Assembly (NCBI RefSeq): GCF_006345805.1
Contig: NC_043000.1
Coordinates: forward strand, 96,348,001 to 96,412,000
DNA length: 64,000 nt
Origin: Octopus sinensis
Lineage: Eukaryota
Direction of reading: 5' to 3'
Shown here: piece by piece, positions 51,620 through 63,982 of the stretch
Position numbering within the stretch: position 1 is the first letter of the stretch
How the letters are laid out: every line of letters begins with the position of its first letter
Made by a program: the position numbers and the translations under genes
Notes under the pieces: model-generated
Database searches by the model: none
Seen by the model: only the letters and a program-made list of their open reading frames with translations
Told to the model about the DNA's origin: nothing

Positions 51620-52650
51620 TAGAGTTATGTGCGTATGTATGTATGTATATATACATATGTGTAAATAGGTATATATGTGTATGTTTATATGTATGTATCC
51701 GTCTGTATAATGGGTAACTGCATGTATATATATTTATTATATTTATTATTATTATTATTTGAGTATGCATGTATGTATATATGTATATGTCTGTATGCAT
51801 GTATGTATTTATGAACATAAGGAGGCGCGTGTGTGTGTGGATGTGTATGCAGATGTATAAACATATGTATACATTTATGCATGTATGTACTTATGTGTAT
51901 ATATAGATGCGCGTGTATGTGTGTGTGTATGTGTACGCATATATATATATGTGTGTATGTGTATATATGTATGAATGTATATGTGTATGTATATTTATAT
52001 GTATATATATGTATATATATATGTATATGTATGTATGTGTATGTATGTGTATGTGTATATGTGTATATATATTTATTAGTGTATATGTATGGACTAGTCT
52101 TCTGTGGGTGTATTGAGGTATGTATGTGTATGCGTGTAGATATGAATCAGTAGGTACGTGTACGTATGTGAATATACGTGAATGTATGTAGATGTATGTA
52201 TGTATGAATATAACACGTGCGTGTGTGTATGGGTATGAGTGTACGTGTGAGTGTGTGGGCGTGAGTGAGTGTTTGCGTTCGTATCAGTGAGTAGATAGAT
52301 AAATGGACTCTTTAGACCATCCCTTGAGACCGGCTGACCGAGGTCAAGATAAAAATAAAGATATAAACAAAAGTAATAATAAAATTAAAATAAGGGAATG
52401 TATATGCATGTGTATATGTGTGTATGTATATATATGTGCGAGTGTGTATACATATATGTATATATATGTATGTATATGTGTATTTGTGTGTATGTACATG
52501 GGTGTGTGTATATATATGAATATATATATGTATATGTATATGTATGTATATATATATATATGTATGTATATATGTGTATGTATGTATATATATAGATATA
52601 TGTGAATATGTGGGTGTATATATATATATATATATATATATGTAGATGTA
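51620..52650. repeat. Degenerate (TA/TG)n microsatellite region
   Basis: Directly visible. Confidence 0.9.
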
Positions 52651-52862
52651 CAAGTGAGAGTCTCCTTACTTACCTAAAACTCTATTTTTCTATTTATTCT
52701 TTTATTCTTTTATTTATTCTTTTATCTACTTTACCACCGATTCCTTTGACCACTCCCCTAATAATGATAGTTTTGCGCCATTCCTACCCCCAAAAAAGTC
52801 CCCCACCACCACCCATTTAAACCTGCCTAAATGTATAAATGCCAAAACAACTCTTGTCTACT

Positions 52863-52913
52863 AGCTTCCTGATGATTTCTTTTGAATGAAACAGTTCTAG
52901 TCCTGTAGAAGCT
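52863..52913 (+). ncRNA. Type I hammerhead ribozyme, near-intact
   Basis: AGCUUC CUGAUGA uUUC uuuu GAAu GAAA CAG uucuaguc CUG UA^GAAGCU: stem I 6 bp, stem III 4 bp, stem II 3 bp plus a U-U mismatch at 10.1/11.1. Confidence 0.75.
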
Positions 52914-52997
52914 CCTTCTATATAATAAATTAATTTACTCTGCTATGTATTGAGTACCTTATTTACTGTGGTTAACCCCGACTCAACCCGGGACCTA

Positions 52998-53044
<47 letters not shown>

Positions 53045-53467
53045 AGATGCAGGCATAGTTGTATGGTAAGAAGCTTGCTTCCCAATGACATGATTCAGGG
53101 TTCAGTGCTATTGCATGACACTTTGGGTGAGTGTCTTCTACCATAGCTTCGGGCTGACCGTAGCCTTGTGAGTGGATTTCATAGAAAGAAACTGAAAGAA
53201 GCCTGTTGCATATATGTAAATATATGTGTGTGCGTGTGCACGTGTGTGTGTGTGCACATGTGTGTGTGCGTGTGCACGTGTGTGTGTGCGTGTGCACGTG
53301 TGTGTGTGTTTGTGTCTGTGTTTCTCTCTCCACACTGCTTGGCAACCAGTGCTGGTGTGTTTATATCACTGTAACTTAGCAGTTCAGAAAAAAAGAATAA
53401 TAGAATAATTACCAAGCTTTAAAAAAAGTACTGGGGTGAAAACAAGTAGAAGATAAAAAGATATATA

Positions 53468-53523
<56 letters not shown>

Positions 53524-53821
53524 CATCCTTCCAAGATTACATTTGCTGCTACCCCTATACACCATATCCCTGACCTCTCCACCTTTCATCTACCTGTTGT
53601 TCATTTCCTTCCCTTTTTATATATTATATCTGAAATTAGATGACTGATCATGCCTAAAACATTTTTGAAATGTGGTTTGCTACTAGATCAGAGCTGATTT
53701 GGTGCTAAACAACTACAACAACATCAATACTTAAGTTTATATCTTATTTTCTTTCTACTAAAAATGGAAAACCAAATCATTTACACCAAACTTCATTTCT
53801 GCCTAAATCTAAAATACTTAC

Positions 53822-53941
53822 CTCAGGTATGTGGCATTCGTTTGGGTCTTGTCCTGGAACCCATCCTGGGCCTCTTAATAGAACATTCAATAGGCTTCGT
53901 CCTTGTCGCCAGTTCTCCCAAAGATGCTTCCAGTAGCAAAC
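53822..53941 (-). CDS. AGMO: AGMO exon
   Basis: catatag|GTTTGC...GAG|gtaagt; VCYWKHLWENWRQGRSLLNVLLRGPGWVPGQDPNECHIPE; contains the conserved GPGW.PG motif. Confidence 0.92.
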
Positions 53942-54625
53942 CTATATGTAAATATAAAGAAATAATTAATTCCTAAGAAAACGAAAAAAAAAAAAGCAAA
54001 ACAAAGCAAAATGGAAAAATTAGCTGTGACGTTCAGAAACTCACTTTGAAAACCTATGGTTTTGGGTTCACTCCCGTTGCATGGCACCTGGGCTGATCTG
54101 TGCTTTGTGAGGTGAATTTGGTAGATGGAAACTAGTGTGCAAGCCCATTGTGTGTGTGTGTTTATTGTTAACTTTTGAAAAGGTAAGTACTCAATATTAT
54201 TTTTTTTTTTAGTTTTTACTTTGTTCCTTCTTGAGCCACACCTGGCTCATAAGGGCCGGTTTCTCAGTTTCCTTGGCATATAGGTTCCCCACCTGGACGG
54301 GACGCTGGTCTGTTGCAGGTGAGCTGCTAGATGCAGGAGGAGAGAGTGAGAGAAAGTTGTGGCGAAAGAGTCAGCAGAAGTTCACCATTACTTTCTACTG
54401 GATCCACATGGAGCTTAGGTGTTTCGCTCATAAACACACACATTGCCCGGTCTGAGATTCAAATCCGTGACCTCTCGACTGTGAGTCCGCTGCTCTAACC
54501 ACTAGGCCATGTGCCTCTACACTCAATATCATTGTAGAGATTAATGATATATTTTATTTTGGTTGAATCAATCTCTTGCTTCTCTAAGTATCACCTCAGA
54601 GTTGCAAGAGAGTGACTTGGACCAA

Positions 54626-54657
<32 letters not shown>

Positions 54658-55135
54658 GGTTCTGGGTTCAATCCCACTGTGTGGCACCTTGGGTAAGTGT
54701 CTTCTGCTATATATAGCCTTAGGCTGACCAAAAGCCTTGTAAGTGGATTTGGTAGACAGAAACTGAAAGAAGCCCATCGTATATATATGTATAAATCCAT
54801 GTGTGTGTATCTCTGTGTCTGTGTTTGTCTCCCACCCACTGCTTGACAACTGGTGGTGGTGTGTTTACATACCCTTCACTTAGCGGTTCAGCTGAAGTGA
54901 CTGATAGAATAAGTACTAGGCTTCAAAAAAATAAGACCTAGGGCTGATTTGTTTGACTAATACCCTTCAAGGTGGATTGCCACCATGGCCACAGTCAAAT
55001 GACTGAAACAAGTACAAAATAAAAGATAAAAGATATATATATGTGTGTGTGTTTTTGCATGTGTGTGTGAGTATGTGTGTGTTTGTGTGTGTATGTATGT
55101 ATGTATGTGTGTGTCTGTATACATACATACATATA

Positions 55136-55191
<56 letters not shown>

Positions 55192-55399
55192 TATACATAC
55201 ACATACACACACATATATAGACATACACCTTGTCAAACAGCAGTCACTGATGTCACCCTTCACTGAACCAATGAGATTGTTTTCAGGTCAAAACTCAGGA
55301 AAAAACAAATAAGCATTGAGTCCACTGAACTGATAGCTTTATAAGGGAATCAGTCAACTGGAACACTGGAAAACTAACAAAAACAATTTACCAAGTCCT

Positions 55400-55950
55400 T
55401 TGACAACAATAAAATGAGAAAGTCAACCAACCAGATCACTGGATTTCAACTAGGTCAAAAGGTTCAACAAACAAATGATGTCACCAGAAAGTCAACCAGC
55501 CCAAATGCTGGACTTTGCAAAGATATAAATATTTGACCAAAACATTTATGACATATTAAGGTGGCCAGCCAAATGGAGAAAAACAATCAGAACTTGATCC
55601 TTTATATCATAAAACACACACACACACACTCACAAAGCAATTTTAATGTAAAATATTTTGAACTCTTACCAGCAAAACCATGCACGACAGAAATTGCAAA
55701 TAAATTTTTTTCTTTCCCTCTATTTTTTCTCTTACTCTTCTTAAAAAGCTCATTGTATCTAATTGTTAATATAACTCAATATTACTGAACTTTCAGTTAT
55801 GTGACTGTTATGAACTTCATTGAACATTTGAACTTATTTTACTGTCTATCTCCCTTGTGACTTTAAACTTTCCTAAACTCTTTTCTTATTCATATTTTTA
55901 TTTTTGTCATTGATAAACAAAACATTGTCAAAACCGGTTTGGTATTTGAA
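55400..55950 (+). mobile_element. Possible Penelope-like 3' remnant
   Basis: Weak GIY-YIG-like trace (GLCKDINI*PKHL*HIK), T-rich tract, decayed hammerhead at 55905-55944, then AATAAA. Confidence 0.3.
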
Positions 55951-56562
55951 TAAATCTGTTACAAAATTTAAAAATAACTACATGTTTTAGATTCAGGTGC
56001 GTTTTGAAACCCTGAAACAATTTCTCATATATCATCATCATCATCATTATCATCATCATCATTCAACGTTCACCTTCTATGCTGGCATGGGTTGGATGGT
56101 TTGACAGGAGCCAGCCAGGTAGAAGACTTACAGCAGGCTACTGTGTCTGTTTTGACATTGTTTTTATCTCTGGATGGCCTTCTTAACACTAACTTCCTTT
56201 CAGAATGGATTGAGTGCTTTTACATGGCATGTATAAGTGTATAAAAAGCAGCCAGTACACTCTGTCAAGTGGTTGGCCTTAGGAAGGGATCCATCTATAG
56301 GAATCATGCCAAAGCAGACAGAGGACCATCTTTTGGAGTGCTTCCTTCTGAGTCTATCCATTAATATAAATTCGGCAAACTTTGACAACTTGACAAGAGC
56401 TTTGGGATGCAGCAGAGAGAACATTGAGACATAGCATAAACAAGACAGCAGATTGATGGTGGACAGATGGCAGACAGACAGTGGACAGTTGGCAGATGGC
56501 CTGTGGACAGATGGCAGATAGACATGGAGTACTGCCGACAACAACCACAAAGAAACCCTTAC

Positions 56563-56642
56563 CTGTACTGTAAAAGGTTCAAACGTGTTGATGGGTGAAA
56601 CCAGACCAAAAATCACCTCTTCTTTCTCAGCTTGAAAGGTCC
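56563..56642 (-). CDS. AGMO: AGMO exon (5'-most exon found; the His-box exons are presumably beyond the window)
   Basis: gcacag|GGACC...CAG|gtaagg; GTFQAEKEEVIFGLVSPINTFEPFTVQ versus human GTFEAENEKVVYGLTHPINTFEPIKVQ. Confidence 0.93.
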
Positions 56643-56899
56643 CTGTGCATGAATATCAGTTAAAAACATATGTATATAGACATAAATTCATACTTATTAT
56701 ATTAATGAGGTCAAGCTTTTTTATCAGAAAGTATTTTAAACATTTTCATCTATCAATAGGTATGTAAACTCATTTATGCATTCAGTACTTTTAACAAACT
56801 GACATAAGTTATTAAAATTGCACATATTGATAGAGTATCTCTACTTCTATAGTAACTCTTTTATCTATTCTTCTTCATTGCCTGCAAATAATGAGTCCC

Positions 56900-57960
56900 A
56901 AGCAGAAGTGACATGCCTTCATATAATTCTTGAAAAAGGTGGGTTACAGGCTATCTGATATCCGCAGAAGGTTATAGTGTGTTTATGGAGATAACATTGT
57001 TAACAAGAGCAAAGTGCATGGATAAATGAAGTTTAACTTTTTAGCATTTAAATCAGCTGTATCCAGCCCAAATATTTTACCTGTTTTATGTTCAAACCAG
57101 CAAGATCCAACTTCTCACACTTATCCTACAATGTCATTCTAAAATTATACTGTCACATCATCAAAATATTGAAGCTACGAGATTATGCAAGATTAATTCA
57201 AAACAACGTGAATAAATAAGCATTACATTTGACAGAGTGACGGCTTAGTGGTTAGGGTATTCAGCTCATGACCTTATGGTCATGAGTTCTATTCCTGGCA
57301 GTGTCTTCTGTCCTTGAGCAAGACACTTTACTTCATGTTGTTCCAGTCCACTCAGCAGACAAAAATGAGTAGTACCTGGATTTTAAAAGATCGACATTGT
57401 CACATTCTGTGTCATGCTGAATTTCCCAGAGAACTTCATTAAGAGTACGCATGTCTGTGGAGTGCTCAGGTGGTGAGCTGGCAGAATTGTTAGCATGTCG
57501 GGCGAAATGCTTAGCAGTATTTCGTCTGCCACTATGTTCTGAGTTCAAATTCTACCGAGGTCGACTTTGCCTTTCATCCTTTCAGGGTCAATAAATTAAG
57601 TACCAGTTGCATACTGGTGTCGATTTAATCGACTGGTCCCCTCCCGCCAAATTTCAGGTCTTGTGCCTATAGTAGAAAGGAGTGCTCAGCTACTTGCACG
57701 TTAATTTCATGAGCAGGCTGTTCCTGTTGATTGGATCGACTAGAACCCTCGTTATCATAACCAACAGAATGTGAGTGACATTTGACAGAGTAACCTGAAT
57801 GCTAAAGGGTTAAAGAAGGAAAAAACAACACTAAAGACAAACCATGCAGTGGAAGACCATCAGCTGTGATCAGTGACGTGGCTTGCCAGCGAGCAGACAA
57901 ATTGATTTGTGTGGACAGACAAGTGACAATCCACAACCCATGTTTATATCAACCTCTCCA
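56900..57960 (+). mobile_element. Four-level nested insertion: mariner > piggyBac-like MITE > SINE A > SINE B
   Basis: Mariner HTH split at TTAA TSDs (57033-36, 57810-13); SINE A TSD acatttgacagagt (57225-38, 57778-91); SINE B TSD ggagtgctcag (57459-69, 57679-89). Confidence 0.85.
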
Positions 57961-59111
57961 ATTTATAAAGGTGGTAAAGGAGTTGGATTTCAGAATAAGT
58001 ATATTGTTGGACCAAATATCTTGCAGTTCTTATATGTTCTGAGTTCAAAACCTGATGTGGTTTATTATTACCATTCACTGTTCTGTGGTTGATAGAACAA
58101 GTACTAGTTAGATATTAAGTTTATTTCTTTCACTGTTCCTTTCTTCAAATTTCTGATTTATGCCAAAGCCAGAAACTAATATTTTTTAGCATGATGGAGG
58201 GCTGAAATGGTAGAATGATTGACAAAATATCTTGTTGTATTGAGTTACGTCCCTTTACATTCTGAATTCAAATTTCAATTTCTTTCATTCTTTTGGAGAT
58301 GATTAAATTATCTACCAGTCATATTCTGGAATCAGTTCTATTAGCTTCACCCCTCTTCCCTACAAATGTGTGGGTGTATGCAAATGAAAAAAGAAAAAGA
58401 AAACAAAACAAAACCATACTTATATATAATTGAGAAGAGAACAATAGAAGTAGCTGATACATCAAAAGTATTGTATAAAACAACATATGTTGTTTTGTCC
58501 CTCAAATCTCACCGAGTTTATCTTTGTCTTGGCATTGATAGATTAAAACCTGGTTTTAGACAGTAATAAATTCAGTGGACTATTGCTCCTCTCCAGTAAG
58601 GTTTGGTCTAGTAAAATAAAATTAGTCTTTCTGAAAAATGTACAATGACAGCTTCCTAGTTTCAATCTCCTTGGTTCTTAGTTCAAATCCCAACCAGTAA
58701 TAATCATGCATTTTATCCTCTTAAATACCAATGATTTTGTTGAAATTCATTCAGTTCACAATATCCTGCCCCACCTCAATCACTAAAATTGGCCTTGTGC
58801 TTTAACTCATTAGCATTTAGATTACTTTATCAAATGTTATGCTTATTTATTCACACTGATACAAATTAGTCATGCATTGCTTTGCAGCTTTGAGATTTCA
58901 ACGATATGATTGTTTATTTTTAGGATAATATTGTAGGGGAAGTGTAAAAGTGTGAGAGGCTGGATCTAGCCAGTTTGAAGATAAAACAAGTAGATTATTT
59001 TAATTGGATTTGACCAGTTTAAATGTTAAAGAGTTAATTACTAGCTTTCTTTAATTTCATAGCAAGACTAAAGATGTTTACTGACACAAAAATGAATCAA
59101 TCATATAAATA

Positions 59112-62100
59112 CATCATCGTCGTCATCATCATCGTCGTTTAACGTCCGTTCTCCATGCTAGCATGGGTTGGACGGTTCGACCGGGGTTCTGGGAAGCCAG
59201 AAGGCTGCACCAGGCTCCAGTCTAATTTGGCAATGTTTCTACAGCTGGATGCCCTTCCTAACGCCAACCACTCCGTGAGTGTAGTGGGTGCTTTTTACGT
59301 GCCACCTGCACAGGTGCCAGGCGGGGCTGGCAACGGCCACGGTCAGATGGTGTATTTTATGTGCCACCGGCACGGAAGCCAGTCGAGGCGGTGCTGGCTC
59401 GGCCACGAGTCGGATAGTGCTTTTTACGTACCACCAGACCAGGGATCCTGGCTGGTTCAATTCGATTTCGATTTCGCTTGCCCCAACATGTCTTCACAAG
59501 CAAAGGGGTTGGCAAGGGTGCCTGTCGTACGGTCGCATTGGAGTATTTTACGTGCCACGGCCACGAGTCGGATAGTGCTTTTTACGTACCACCAGACCAG
59601 GGATCCTGGCTGGTTCAATTCGATTTCGATTTCGCTTGCCCCAACATGTCTTCACAAGCAAAGGGGTTGGCATGGGTGGTGCCTGTCGTACGGTCGCATT
59701 GGAGTATTTTACGTGCCACGGCCCGAGTCGGATAGTGCTTTTTACGTACCACCAGGCCAGGGATCCTGGCTGGTTCAATTCGGTTTCGATTTCGATTTCG
59801 ATTTCGCTTGCCCCAACATGTCTTCGCAAGCATGGGGGGTTGGGATGGGTGTCTGTCGTCGGATGAGGTTCTATATCGACTTCGCTTGCCTCAACCGGTC
59901 TTTGTGTCCAAGGGAGGAAAGGCATTCATAAGTGGGCTGGGCTCACTTGTCCTGCCTGGTCTTCTCACGTACAGAATATTTCCAAAGGTCTCGGTCTCTG
60001 GTCATTTCCTCAGTGAGGCCTAAAGTTCGAAGGTCGTGCTTCACCACCTCGTCCCAGGTTTTCCTGGGTCTACCTCTTCCCGGGTTCCCTCAACTGCTAG
60101 GGATTGGCACTTTCTCACACACCTATCTTCATCCATTCTCGCCACATGACCATACCAGCGCAATCGTCTCTCTTGCACACCACAACTGATGCTTCTTAGG
60201 TACAACATTTCTCTCAAGGTGCTAACGCTCTGTCGAGTATGTACACTGACATTACACATCCATCGGAGCATACTGGCTTCATTCCTCACGAGCTTACGCA
60301 TGTCCTCAGCAGTCACAGCCCATGTTTCGCTGCCATGTAGCATGGCTGTTCGTACACACGCATCATACAGTCTGCCTTTTACTCTGAGCGAGAGGCCTTT
60401 AGTCACCAGCAGAGGTAAGAGCTCCCTAAACTTTGCCCAGGCTATTCTTATTCTAGCAGTTACACTTTCAGCGCACCCACCCCCACTACTGACTTGGTCA
60501 CCTAGATAACGGAAGCTATCAACTACTTCTAGTTTTTCCCCCTGGAAAGTGACGGAAGTTGTTTTCTGCAGATTTTCGGAGGTTAATGCTCCCGAGCATC
60601 TGCCACATACAAAAACTATCTTCCCAGTTAGCCTACCTTTGACATTGCTGCACCTCTTATGTGTCCATAGCTTACACTGGGTACATCTTATAGAGTTTCT
60701 ACCTACACCTTTTCTACAGATCGAGCAGGGCCATCTTCCTGAAGATATTGTGGATTGTCTACCTTTCTACTTATTAGTACTTTGGTTTTAGCTAGGTTGA
60801 CTCTAAGGCCCCTTGATTCTAAACCCTCCTTCCACACCTGGAACTTCTCCTCCAGTTCTGATAGTGACTCAGCAATAAGAGCAAGGTCGTCAGCGTAGAG
60901 GAGCTCCCAGGGACAGCCTGTCTTGAATTCCTCCGTAATTGCCTGGAGTACTATGATAAATAGGAGGGGGCTGAGTACTGAACCCTGGTGGACCCCAACC
61001 TCTACTTTGAATTCTTCTGTGTACATGTTGCCAACCCTAACCTTACTTACGGCATCTCTGTACATGGCTTGCACAGTCCTCACCAGCCATTCATCTATCC
61101 CTAGTTTCCTCATTGACCACCAGATAAGGGATCGGGGGACCCTATCAAAAGCTTTCTCCATGTCAACGAAAGCCAGGTACAGGGGCTTATCTTTGGCTAG
61201 GTATTTCTCCTGCAGCTGCCTTACCAGGAATATAGCATCAGTGGTACTTTTCCTGGCACGAACCCAAACTGCATCTCATCTAAACTAACTCTCTCTCTAA
61301 TTAGTTGGCTATGACCCTCTCCGTAACCTTCATTACTTGATCCAACAGCTTGATACCTCTGTAATTATTTGTATCTAGGGCATCACCTTTACCTTTGTAG
61401 CAGTTGACTAGTATGCTGCTGCACCAGTCATTGGGTATGACTCCTTCGTGTATCACCTGGTTGACTATACGGGTGACTAGGTTATAGCCGACACTGCCAG
61501 ATATTTTGAGCATCTCTGCAGTAATTCCTGATGGGCCTGGGGCTTTCCCTGTCTTCATGCTTCTAATTGCCTTAGCTACCACGGAACTATCAACTCAGAT
61601 AGCTGGTCCCTCTGTAGGGTCAACATTCGGCAGACTCTCTTTATCCCATTCATTTTCCTCATTCAGTAACCTTTCATAGTGGCATCTCCAAGCTTCTCTC
61701 TTTGCATCCTCATTTAGCGCAAGTGAACCATCCTCCATGCGAACACATTTCTCTCCTACCACATCACGATTCTCTCTCACACACTGTCTTGCAACACACG
61801 AAATACCTCAAGTCTTTCATCCTCACGGCGCAGGACATTGGCAAATTTTCTCTTATCTGCTTCCCCTCTGGCTAGATAGACCTGTCTCCTAGCTTCCCTT
61901 CTGGCAGTCTGATACCCTTCCCTGCTACCACCGTTCTTCCAGCCTTCCAAGCCTGTTTCTTTTGTCTAATAGCCCTGTCAACAATATTGTTCCACCACCA
62001 CGTTATTTTGGGTCTTAAGGGGACTTTGCACCAGCCACAGATCTGGTCAGCAGCTTTCAGCAGGTTGTCCCTCAGAAACGTCCAGTTGTCTTCTACCCCA

Positions 62101-62526
62101 TGTGTAGCTATACCCCCTTCCACTTCGTCAAAGGCTTCAAGTAACATATCTCTAATCTCTGTCCATTCGCAGGGGCTTTAAGCTTCCAGACCCTTCTTCT
62201 CCATGTTGGTCGTCTTCTAGTCGCCCTCTTAGTCCTGATCCTAAAGTCACTAACTACCAGTCTATGTTGTGGGGTGCATTCTTCGCCTGGGAAGGTTTTG
62301 GCATTTTTAAGCAGCCATCTTTCCCTTTTTCTGGCAAGGAGTAGTCGATTTGGCTAGTATGCCGGCCCGATCGGTAGGTGACCAGGTGGCTTGTTGGTTT
62401 CCTGAAGTTAGTGTTGCAGACCATAAGACTATTCGCATCGCAGAACTCCAGCAGCCTGGTTCCCTCCTCGTTGTGGGAACCATAACCGTAGCCTCCATGT
62501 ACGCCATGGAAGCCCCCAGCATGTCG
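59112..62526 (-). mobile_element. 5'-truncated RTE-clade LINE with complete 3' UTR and (GAT)n tail
   Basis: EN remnant (GGYGYGSHNEEGTRLLEF..NTNFRK..SQIDY), RT (KAPGPSG, NYRGIKLL, EKAFDRVP, GVHQGSVLSPLLF, LLYADDL), C-terminus (HGSETW, RRLRWYGHV, GRGRPRKTW) with stop at 59943-45; several frameshifts. Confidence 0.93.
59401..59870. repeat. Three tandem copies of an about 158-161 bp unit in the RTE 3' UTR
   Basis: Units start ggcc(a)cgagtcggatagtgc at 59401, 59559 and 59720. Confidence 0.9.
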
Positions 62527-63950
62527 TCTTTCTACTATAAACACAAGGTCTGAAATTTTAAGGAAAGGAGATAGTTAACTCAAATGGTACCTGTTTTATT
62601 GAGCCCGAAAAGATGAAAGGCAAAGTTGACATAAAAATGATCAAAATGCTATCCAGCATTTTGTCCAGCATGCTAGCAATTCTGCCAGCTCACTACCTCA
62701 ATAGATTTGCTCATAATAATATCTGATAGGGACAGAGAGACTGAGTTATAAGAGAAATGGGTACAATGCCTTGTGCTATTATTTGTTCTGGTTCCCTGTC
62801 CTCTGAGTTCAAAACTTGTTGAGAACAACTTTGCCACATATACTTTTGGAGTTGATAAAGTACAAGTCAAGAACAGTGGATTGGCAGAACTGTTAGTGAT
62901 CAAACAAAATGCCTTGTGGTAAATGTTCTGGCTCTTTATGAGCTGAGTTCAAATCCTACCAATAGCCAAGTCATTCCTCATCACTCACTAAGAGAAGGTT
63001 TCAAAGTAGAACTCAACAGACTTTAGAACTGGTATCTCTCTTCAATTTGAAAGGCCTCTAAACATCTCAGTAAAATATGCTATAAATACTGGGACTTTGA
63101 AGACAGAATGCTATGGCAATTGAACTTGTATGAATAAATGACTCCAGAGTTTCAGAAGCTGAAAATATCCTCAACAAGAAATTGGTCATATGCTGTCTCC
63201 ACTGCCATCAATAATAATATTTTTGTTTTCTCATGAGATCAAAGACAACTGCCACTCAGAGTTGTGTTACTAATAGAATTTCCTTTGCAGAAAATGATTA
63301 TTTTCTTTCAGATTTGGAAATGTAATAAATCATGTAAACTGGTCATTAATTTAGCATGCTATCATTAAAATATTTCACTCTTGTCAGTTTATTCCCAGTA
63401 ATGTATAAGGAAGAAAAAAGAGTTAAGTTTCTTGTCTTAGTTGTAGTTGATATTAATGAGAAACTTTTGATTCCACAAGGAGATAATAATATATTACACT
63501 GTGTGAAACAATTTTTGTCCTTGGGTAGCAACTGTTATTTCCTATTTCCTTACCCTTAGAAAGTATGAGAAATGGTTAATATTTTCTTCAAACTTGCTTT
63601 TGTTATATTTATTGAAACATCAAAGAATCCCTCTCAACACATGGCTTTGATGCTCCCACACTACTCCTGCTCATGATCAAAGATACACATATTGTCAGCC
63701 ACTAAGGGACATGCTTAAGTGGTTAAAGTCAAGCAATTGACAAGCAAATCTGTGGTATTGAGCAGAATATTTGCTATAATGATATTTCTGCTTCAGCAGC
63801 TCGGTACTGAATCAGTCTGAAATGTAATGGAAAATAGGTTAGTTTCAAAACATCGATGTCCAGGTAACAAAAGCAAAGTTTGAAGGGAATAGTAGCCATT
63901 TCCTTCTATTTCTAGATAGAAGCAAATAACACTTACTGACCAAAGACAAA

Positions 63951-63982
63951 AATAAATAAATAAATAAATAAATAAATAAAAA
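63951..63982 (+). repeat. (AAAT)n microsatellite
   Basis: Directly visible. Confidence 0.9.

Noticed and set aside
56450-56530. Short ggacagatggcaga-type repeats next to an AGMO exon
   Set aside because: Low-complexity degenerate minisatellite with no further structure
59401-59870. Regularly spaced repeats as a possible CRISPR array
   Set aside because: Whole units are duplicated with no unique spacers, and the context is a eukaryotic LINE UTR
59155-59931. 258-aa + strand ORF
   Set aside because: Antisense to the RTE 3' UTR and built from its tandem repeat; no domain similarity
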